From Eubacteriales Family XIII. Incertae Sedis bacterium (GTDB taxonomy: Bacteria > Bacillota > Clostridia > Peptostreptococcales > Anaerovoracaceae): a DNA stretch of 64,000 nucleotides. The notes under the pieces are model-generated. The model was not told where the DNA came from. It ran no database searches and saw nothing but the letters and a program-made list of their open reading frames with translations. The DNA lies in NCBI GenBank assembly GCA_031261345.1, contig JAISKC010000063.1, positions 7,490 through 71,489 of the forward strand, written 5' to 3'. The position numbers and the translations under genes are program-made. Of this stretch, positions 57,750-64,000 are shown one piece after another. Numbering within the stretch: the stretch's first letter is position 1; every line of letters begins with the position of its first letter.

Positions 57750-58829
57750 CTACAGGATATTTCTGTGCCAGATGCCGCAGGCTCCTTCGGAGGAGACCAT
57801 GCAGGGACCGATTGGATTGTTCGGCGTGCAAGCGGTAGCAAAGAGCGGGCAGTCCATTGGGTCAATTCGGCCAGTAATGATGTCAGAGCAACGGCAACCT
57901 TCGGCCTCGCCCGCCATGCCCGCGGCGGCAGATGCATCTATGGCTTTGCGCAGATGATCCGGTAGCTCGGGACTGATGTCATACTCGGCAAACTCCGGAC
58001 GTAGCCTGAATCCCGAATTTGGAATAGTGCCCAGCCCTCGCCAAGCAGCGTCATAAGGCTCAAAGTATTCGGCAAGTTTTGCCTGTGCCTTGAGATTTCC
58101 CTCACCCGAAACGACCTCTTCATATTGATTCACCACCGCGCCAGTAGGAGTTCCCAACGCCAACTTCACGAGCGTATATATCGCCCGCACAATCTGCTCC
58201 TCTTCAAACCCCGCTACGACAAACGGGCGACCATATTTTTTGGAAAGAGACACAAACGCATCAGCGCCCGTGATGACACTGACATGCCCCGGCGCGATGA
58301 AACCGGAAATCTCAGGCTCATTTTCGCAAATCCATTCAATCGCCGAAACGGTATTTTTCAAGGCGGTCAAGAGCTTTATGTTCACAAGTCCGCGGCTACG
58401 TATCTCATCGATGAGGAGTGCAAACGCCGGTGCCGTGGTCTCAAACCCAACGGCAGCCACGACAAAAGTTTCATCGGGGAATTCTTCCGCAAAGTCAATC
58501 GCCTCGAAGGGAGAATATATCATCTTGATTTCGCTGCCCATAGCAATAGCGGAAGAGAGCGTTTCACTTTCTCCCGGCACCTTCATCATATCGCCGAAGG
58601 AAAGAAGAGTGTGCCGCGGCGTATCCGAAATCTCAACACAGGCATCTATGAAAGCGGGGGGCGTTACGCAAACAGGACACCCCGGCCCCGAAACGAGCCG
58701 GATTCCCTCCGGCAAAATCGAACGAATTCCACTCTTGAAAATACTCGCGGTATGAGTCCCGCAAACCTCCATAAGCTTCAGAGGCTCCCCCTCATAATCC
58801 TCAAGAAAATCTATCATATCCATTATCAT
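57750..58829 (-). CDS. hypD: hydrogenase maturation protein HypD
   Basis: MEVCGTHT and GPGCPVCV motifs. It overlaps the hypC stop (ATGA). Confidence 0.9.
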   Translation of the reverse strand: MIMDMIDFLEDYEGEPLKLMEVCGTHTASIFKSGIRSILPEGIRLVSGPGCPVCVTPPAFIDACVEISDTPRHTLLSFGDMMKVPGESETLSSAIAMGSEIKMIYSPFEAIDFAEEFPDETFVVAAVGFETTAPAFALLIDEIRSRGLVNIKLLTALKNTVSAIEWICENEPEISGFIAPGHVSVITGADAFVSLSKKYGRPFVVAGFEEEQIVRAIYTLVKLALGTPTGAVVNQYEEVVSGEGNLKAQAKLAEYFEPYDAAWRGLGTIPNSGFRLRPEFAEYDISPELPDHLRKAIDASAAAGMAGEAEGCRCSDIITGRIDPMDCPLFATACTPNNPIGPCMVSSEGACGIWHRNIL

Positions 58830-59041
58830 ATCAAGTCCTCGATTTCTCCGAAAATTTTGAGTATCTCCGAAGCCTTCTCCTCGTTCATAGCCTCAATCGC
58901 CATGCCCGCATGGACGAGCACATAGTCTCCCACGCGGACGTCCACAACTCCGATGTTCACGCCGACAACATTACCTCGAAAATCAACCTTCGCGGTCCTC
59001 TCATCTATCTCCATCACCCTGCCGGGATAAGCCACGCACAT
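58826..59041 (-). CDS. hypC: hydrogenase maturation chaperone HypC
   Basis: 71 aa with the N-terminal MCVAYPGRV motif. Confidence 0.9.
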   Translation of the reverse strand: MCVAYPGRVMEIDERTAKVDFRGNVVGVNIGVVDVRVGDYVLVHAGMAIEAMNEEKASEILKIFGEIEDLI

Positions 59042-59058
59042 AAAATCACTCCTATTTT

Positions 59059-59868
59059 CTACACATAAATTATCGTAAGTCCTGAGAAACTCGTGTTGCC
59101 AGTAATGTTGACCGAGGGTGAATTCTCATCGAGCCTGCACCTATTTTTCTCCTCGATGCCCGAAAAGCTGCGACCGATATTGTCTGTCAGCCTCCACTCT
59201 CTGGGAATGTATATCTCCATCGCCCCAAACGAAAGATCCACGAAAATCTCCGCACCCTCAGGCGCCGGCTTAGCATTGTCAAAATACACTTTCATAGCAC
59301 CGAACGAACACTCGAGAATAGCCTTCTTCATATTCTCCGAATTGACGTACTTTATCGTCGAGCCAAAACTCGCTCTTGTATAAATTTCATCTCCATCGGG
59401 GCCATCTATCACATCCTCAAACCTTTCGTGGCCTTTTTGCTCCCTACGCTCGCCATCTCCCAGCCCCTCGCCATCAGCGTCGTATGAGACCTTCGAATAA
59501 CCACCGCCCACATATTTGCTTTTGTGAAGCGGGCGGAATAATATAGTCAATCCGACGCTCAAAAGAATCGCCGCGCCCATTATGCTCCACCATGTGATTT
59601 CCGCGGGAATTCCTATGATGTCCCTATAGAGCAGCGCCCCACCGGCGAGCGGCAAGATGATGCCGAACCAAAATCTGTTCATCAAACTTTGTATCAATAT
59701 AGCAAGCAGCAAAAGTGAAATCAGTATCGTCCAGAAATTCAATTTTGCGGCACCGATCAGGCCCACTTGATTGAGCACCAACGCGGCACCTGCCACCAAA
59801 AATCCCACGCCCCAAAACACCCTCTGGAAGTAGTTTTTTCCTCTTATATTATTCTCACCATTATCCAT
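59059..59868 (-). CDS. LiaF/YvqF-like membrane protein (4 TM + DUF2154-like C-terminal domain)
   Basis: Four N-terminal TM helices. The C-terminus carries the repeated SFGAMKVYF and SFGAMEIYIPREW pattern. Confidence 0.65.
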   Translation of the reverse strand: MDNGENNIRGKNYFQRVFWGVGFLVAGAALVLNQVGLIGAAKLNFWTILISLLLLAILIQSLMNRFWFGIILPLAGGALLYRDIIGIPAEITWWSIMGAAILLSVGLTILFRPLHKSKYVGGGYSKVSYDADGEGLGDGERREQKGHERFEDVIDGPDGDEIYTRASFGSTIKYVNSENMKKAILECSFGAMKVYFDNAKPAPEGAEIFVDLSFGAMEIYIPREWRLTDNIGRSFSGIEEKNRCRLDENSPSVNITGNTSFSGLTIIYV

Positions 59869-60325
59869 AATGCCCTCCCAATTTGTCCTGTAATATCTTG
59901 TAATACTGCCTGCTCACGCTGAGCCTCTTGTGGCTGTTTCGGAACCCGACCATGCTCGGCCCGACCGGATTTTTCTCAATGGAGAGAATCTCCTTCACGC
60001 CGATAATCGCCGATTTCGAGACCCTGATGAAGCTACTCGGCAGGATTTCCTCAAGCTCATAAAGCCGCATCTTCACCTCAAAAACATCGCCCGCTGTGTG
60101 TGCAAACGTCTTGCCACCGTCCGACTCGAAGAAAATTATATCCGTTACCGGCAGATAGAAATCCTTCTCGCCCTTGGTCAGCCGGAGTTTTGCCTTCTCG
60201 GCCAAGCCGGACAGCGCCTTGAGCACCGCGTTCTGCACCTCAAGCGCATCGTCGTTCACGCTCGGTGTGCGGATCACCACCTCAACCTCCGAAAGCTTAT
60301 CATCAATGTCAATTCGAATATTCAT
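59861..60325 (-). CDS. LytTR-domain DNA-binding protein
   Basis: RLYELEEILPSSFIRVSKSAIIGVKEI is typical of the LytTR domain. It overlaps the downstream LiaF-like gene by 8 nt. Confidence 0.75.
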   Translation of the reverse strand: MNIRIDIDDKLSEVEVVIRTPSVNDDALEVQNAVLKALSGLAEKAKLRLTKGEKDFYLPVTDIIFFESDGGKTFAHTAGDVFEVKMRLYELEEILPSSFIRVSKSAIIGVKEILSIEKNPVGPSMVGFRNSHKRLSVSRQYYKILQDKLGGHYG

Positions 60326-60416
60326 TGTGTCTATAATCTACCCTGCGAATCAATCTTTGTCCACCCACTTTCGCCATCAGGTGAAATTTCCGCGGCAAGT
60401 GGTAGGCAATCCTTCA

Positions 60417-62906
60417 TCATGCGTGCATTGCTATGTAATTTTGGCCGAAGGCGATACCTCCGTCGTTTGGCGGGACGATGATGTTGCGATAGACAGAAAA
60501 TCCTGCTTCGGAGAGAAGTCTCTCAGTCTGGTCAAGCAATATGCGGTTTTGAAACACACCCCCACTAAGGCAGACCTTGTCTATCCCGTAATTTTGCCTT
60601 GCCAACGTGCATTCATCCAAAACTTTCTCGGCAACCCTGCGGTGAAACAATAGCGCCAACTGATCAGCATCACTGGTGGCTTCGTTTGTAGCTCCATCGA
60701 GTGCCCGCTGTGCCGCGTTCTCAAGCATGATTGCGCACTCCCCCTCGTATCTGTTCACATGATGGATACCGAGAAGTGAAGCTACGGCATCGAAGAGCCG
60801 ACCGACACTAGAAGTTTCCACAAGCCCGATGCCGGAACGAATAGCGGCTTCGGCAGCAGCAATACTCCCACTTCCAGTGCCAAGCTCCAAATCCCCGTCA
60901 TTGTGAGCGCAGCAAGCGTGAGCATACTCAAATATCTCAGTCAAGTCTATCTCAAAAGTTCTCTCGGCGTATTCACTGCGGCAGACGTCCACAGCCCCGC
61001 TTGCCAACTTGTGAGACAAAGCCGACTTCCAGCCCTCCCTCATCGAGTCATCACCGCCGAGCATCTTCACATATTTCAAATGAGAAAATCTCTCAAACTC
61101 CGCCCCCTCACAGATAAGAATTTCCCCACCCCAAATCTTCCCATCAATCCCATAGCCGGTCCCATCAAAAGCAACCCCAATGACAGGCTCTTCCAAACTA
61201 TGCTCCGCCATCACCGAGGCAATATGTGCATGGTGATGCTGCACCGGAACAAGCACAACATTCCCCTCCACATAATTCTTAGCAAACCGAGTAGGAAAAT
61301 AATTCGGGTGCAAATCATACGCAACAATCTGAGGCTCAATATCAAAAAAAGTCTTCATCCGAAAAAAGGCGGACTCATACATCTGCTCAGACTCAAAGCT
61401 GCCCAAATCGCCAAAATGCTGACTAAGATAAACAGCCGGCCCCTTGCTGAGAGAAAACACAGACTTGAGATGTGCCCCTGCAGAAAATATCATCTGAGGC
61501 TTTGCAGCCACATCAGCACTTGCACCAAACCCTGACTGTACCATAATGGCCGCAGGAACATATCCCTTAGCACGACGTATCATCTGCGGCTTCCCAGAAA
61601 TCACACAGGCGACAGAATCGTCCATAGGAGTCATTATCCGGCGAGTATTATAGAGCGAGCCAGCAATCAAAGGCGCACGTCGCATCAAATCCTCCATCTC
61701 AGCCTCCTCAAAAATGATAGGAAGCCCCGAAACATTGGCACTGGTCATAACTAGCGGCCCAAGCTCATTCACAAGCAAATACTGCAGCCCCATAGAAGGA
61801 AGCATAGCCCCCACAAACCGGCTATCATTGCAAACCCCGTCAGCGAACTCCGCTTGAGAGCAGCTGCAGGCTCCCGATAATGCGGAACCTTGACGAATGC
61901 TTGAATTTACAAATCGCGCAGCTGTGATTTTCGCGAAATTTTGGCACTGTCTGAGCGAAGCGAGTTTGCCAAAATTCGAAAATCGCAACTGTGGCGATTT
62001 AAAGTAAATTCCCATTCGTTGTTGGGCCGCAGTATCGGGAGCCGGTAGCTGCTCAACCAAAACTATTGGCCGCTCAGGAGAAGCAAGCAATTCAGCCTCA
62101 AGCTCATCAACAAGACAATACTCTCGCAAAGACGAAACCGACCCAAACATCACTGCAAAAGGCTTCTGCTCCCGTTGCTTGATCAACCGAAGACGCGAAA
62201 CAGCCCCCTCATCAAAAGGCGAGCAAACCAAATAATATCCCCCAACCCCCTTCAAAGCAATCACCCCGCCGCCCCGTATAGCCTCAATAGCAACTTCAAT
62301 AGGAGTAACCGAGCGACTGCGACCCAAGTGTCCGTCCAACCAAAGAGCCTGAGGTCCACAAGCGTAGCAGGAAACGGTCTGCGCATGATACCGCCGATCC
62401 AAAGGATCGAAGTACTCCGATGAACAAGTAGAGCACATAGGAAAGTCCGACATAGTGGTAGTATCCCGATCGTAAGGAAGCGACGACATGATAGAAAACC
62501 GCGGCCCGCAATTCGCACAACTGATAAAAGGATGCCGATAACGAGGATTGGCAGGGTCAAGAAACTCCAACAAACAATCATCACACATGGCAATATCCGC
62601 AGGAATTACTGCAATTTCGTTCTCCGAACGCCGACTATTCTCAATACTGAACATAGTGAAAGGCACGAAAGAAGAAGCCGCACGATCGATGCTGTCAATC
62701 CGAGCCATAGGCGGTTTCCTCCGCCGTATCTCATCGATGAAGGCCGAAATTCGCTCCGGCGTGTCCGTCACAACGATGCGAACGACCCCGCCCTCATTGC
62801 GAACCTGCCCCTTCATCTCAAGGCCTGTAGCAATCCGAAAAACAGTAGGCCGAAACCCGACCCCCTGCACAACGCCCCGTATAGTAACGACTTCGGTTTT
62901 ATTCAT
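60417..62906 (-). CDS. hypF: carbamoyltransferase HypF
   Basis: Acylphosphatase domain GVVQGVGFRP. Two zinc-finger pairs (CDDC...CANCGPRFS and CSTC...CYACGP). YrdC-like and Kae1-like parts. At 829 aa it is long for the family. Confidence 0.9.
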   Translation of the reverse strand: MNKTEVVTIRGVVQGVGFRPTVFRIATGLEMKGQVRNEGGVVRIVVTDTPERISAFIDEIRRRKPPMARIDSIDRAASSFVPFTMFSIENSRRSENEIAVIPADIAMCDDCLLEFLDPANPRYRHPFISCANCGPRFSIMSSLPYDRDTTTMSDFPMCSTCSSEYFDPLDRRYHAQTVSCYACGPQALWLDGHLGRSRSVTPIEVAIEAIRGGGVIALKGVGGYYLVCSPFDEGAVSRLRLIKQREQKPFAVMFGSVSSLREYCLVDELEAELLASPERPIVLVEQLPAPDTAAQQRMGIYFKSPQLRFSNFGKLASLRQCQNFAKITAARFVNSSIRQGSALSGACSCSQAEFADGVCNDSRFVGAMLPSMGLQYLLVNELGPLVMTSANVSGLPIIFEEAEMEDLMRRAPLIAGSLYNTRRIMTPMDDSVACVISGKPQMIRRAKGYVPAAIMVQSGFGASADVAAKPQMIFSAGAHLKSVFSLSKGPAVYLSQHFGDLGSFESEQMYESAFFRMKTFFDIEPQIVAYDLHPNYFPTRFAKNYVEGNVVLVPVQHHHAHIASVMAEHSLEEPVIGVAFDGTGYGIDGKIWGGEILICEGAEFERFSHLKYVKMLGGDDSMREGWKSALSHKLASGAVDVCRSEYAERTFEIDLTEIFEYAHACCAHNDGDLELGTGSGSIAAAEAAIRSGIGLVETSSVGRLFDAVASLLGIHHVNRYEGECAIMLENAAQRALDGATNEATSDADQLALLFHRRVAEKVLDECTLARQNYGIDKVCLSGGVFQNRILLDQTERLLSEAGFSVYRNIIVPPNDGGIAFGQNYIAMHA
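61911..62000. repeat. 90-bp near-perfect palindromic element inside the hypF reading frame
   Basis: aaatcgcGCAGCTGTGATTTTCGcGAAATTTTGGCA...TGCCAAAATTCGAAAATCGCAACTGTGgcgattt. It encodes residues ~303-333 (SPQLRFSNFGKLASLRQCQNFAKITAARFVN). Confidence 0.7.
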
Positions 62907-63615
62907 GCGAATGCGAATGTGAATGTGAATGCGAAGATAAAGCCACGGATTTCATGTCAAGCAATACCTCCGCGACCTCCGAAAACCCCTCACCCGTCTT
63001 CCCCGAGACCTTTATCACAGGAGCCGACTTGTTCAGGGCACGAACACCCTTCATGAAAAACTCCTCGTCAAAATCCAGATGCGGAGCGAGATCAACCTTG
63101 TTCAGCAATATCAGGCCCGCCTTCTCAAACGCCAACGGGTATTTATAAGGCTTGTCGCTACCCTCCGTGACTGAACAGATGAGCAATTTCACATGTTCCC
63201 CGATGCTGAACTCCGCAGGGCAGACGAGGTTTCCGACATTCTCAATGAAGAGTATCGAGCCCCCAACGGAAGAAAAATCGATGTTGTTCACTGCGTTGTG
63301 TATCTGAGGCGCGTCGAGATGACAGGCTCCAAAAGTATTTATCTGCGAGGCGGCAATGCCCAGCGAGCGGAAGGTCTGCGTATCTATGTCGGACGCAATA
63401 TCGCCCTCGATTACTAAAGGCTTCACCTCGGGAGCAAGCACAGCGAGCCTCTCGATGATATTCAGCAAAACCGTAGTCTTGCCGATACCGGGCGCGCCCA
63501 TCACATTCACAGCAAACGCCGACTTGTGCGTGAGAGAGTGATTGACCTCAGCGGCAATACGCCCATTCTCCCCATGTATATCCTCCATCACCGAAATTCT
63601 ATTTACATCATGCAT
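62899..63615 (-). CDS. hypB: hydrogenase nickel-insertion GTPase HypB with C-terminal alternating Ser-His tail
   Basis: P-loop VMGAPGIGKTTVL. The tail ...SSHSHSHSH..HE is encoded by at least 5 tandem hexanucleotides (62905-62934). It overlaps the hypF start by 8 nt. Confidence 0.9.
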   Translation of the reverse strand: MHDVNRISVMEDIHGENGRIAAEVNHSLTHKSAFAVNVMGAPGIGKTTVLLNIIERLAVLAPEVKPLVIEGDIASDIDTQTFRSLGIAASQINTFGACHLDAPQIHNAVNNIDFSSVGGSILFIENVGNLVCPAEFSIGEHVKLLICSVTEGSDKPYKYPLAFEKAGLILLNKVDLAPHLDFDEEFFMKGVRALNKSAPVIKVSGKTGEGFSEVAEVLLDMKSVALSSHSHSHSHSHE

Positions 63616-63643
63616 GACAAATCTCCAATCAACATATTAAAAC

Positions 63644-63985
63644 CTATATTACCTCTATACTCTCAATGTAAAATTCCTTGCCTATTTCCGTTGGTGCTCC
63701 GTCTGTGCCGCATTTGGGGCAGGCGAACGACATGGGTTTTCTTTCAAACAGCGTACCGCATGACGGACACGAAAGCTTCGGGCGCACGGACTTGATGTCG
63801 AGCCTTGCACCCTCGCACAGCGTTCCCTCACTTATTATATCAAAATACATCTGAATGGACTCGCCGATATAGCCGCTCTGCTCGCCGACGACCAAGTGTA
63901 TCACCGAAACCTCAGAAGCACGGGCGTCCAACCCGTGCTTCGTAGCAATTCCTATTATCTGTTCAGTAACCGGATACTCATGCAT
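63644..63985 (-). CDS. hypA: hydrogenase nickel-incorporation protein HypA
   Basis: 113 aa with MHEYPVTEQI at the N-terminus and the CPSCG...CPKCG zinc site. Confidence 0.9.
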   Translation of the reverse strand: MHEYPVTEQIIGIATKHGLDARASEVSVIHLVVGEQSGYIGESIQMYFDIISEGTLCEGARLDIKSVRPKLSCPSCGTLFERKPMSFACPKCGTDGAPTEIGKEFYIESIEVI

Positions 63986-64000
63986 TATAGATTGCTTCGC

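Overview
This 64-kb window looks like a chromosome segment from a Clostridia-type Firmicute. That guess is an inference from GGAGG-type ribosome binding sites (RBS), an AraR regulon, hyp hydrogenase-maturation genes and Listeria-Bacteroides-repeat surface proteins. Composition is mosaic, judged by eye and not computed.

(1) 1-17.2 kb is a strongly AT-rich accessory island, entirely minus-strand apart from one gene.
- It carries a Hanks-type Ser/Thr kinase with a divergent 389-aa unknown.
- It carries a graspetide-type RiPP (ribosomally synthesised, post-translationally modified peptide) module. The parts are an unannotated 54-aa precursor with its own consensus promoter, an MvdD-like ATP-grasp ligase, and an aminoglycoside-phosphotransferase (APH)-fold protein with a substituted catalytic Asp.
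- It carries a tightly coupled five-gene operon: a vWA-like membrane protein, a 4-TM protein, a 221-aa unknown, a two-lobed AAA+ ATPase and a short DegT-like PLP enzyme.
- It carries a membrane-anchored M4 metalloprotease.
- It carries a transmembrane P-loop NTPase translationally coupled to two tandem patatin-like phospholipases.

(2) 17.2-22.9 kb holds a decayed DUF4143 ATPase pseudogene, an EEP-family nuclease/phosphatase, an Arch-ATPase/DUF234 gene preceded by duplicated hairpin repeats, and hypE.

(3) 23-37.2 kb is core sugar metabolism. It contains an AraR-controlled L-arabinose operon (ABC transporter, araB-like kinase, araA, araD), araR, a Gfo/Idh/MocA oxidoreductase, galE, a galactokinase-like gene and an Fe-S aldo-keto reductase.

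(4) 37.3-40.4 kb is a second AT-rich patch. It starts at a truncated Cys/Met-PLP gene stub and holds an XRE regulator, an unknown gene, and a J-domain membrane protein with about 29 tandem GYDxx pentapeptides.

(5) 40.5-57.7 kb holds two paralogous giant surface-protein genes of about 2000 aa.
- Each has a G10 homopolymer just after the signal peptide, out of frame in one copy and in frame in the other.
- They bracket an HD-GYP phosphodiesterase, a MalT-like LuxR regulator and a membrane-tethered sigma factor.

(6) 57.7-64 kb is hypA-hypB-hypF-(LytTR/LiaF-like pair)-hypC-hypD, about 35 kb away from hypE. hypF carries an in-frame 90-bp palindromic insertion.

No rRNA, tRNA, CRISPR array, transposase or integrase was recognised.

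The strongest candidates for something new are the graspetide module with its neighbouring AAA+/vWA operon, the TM-NTPase plus double-patatin cassette, and the poly-G-switched surface-protein pair with its dedicated regulators.
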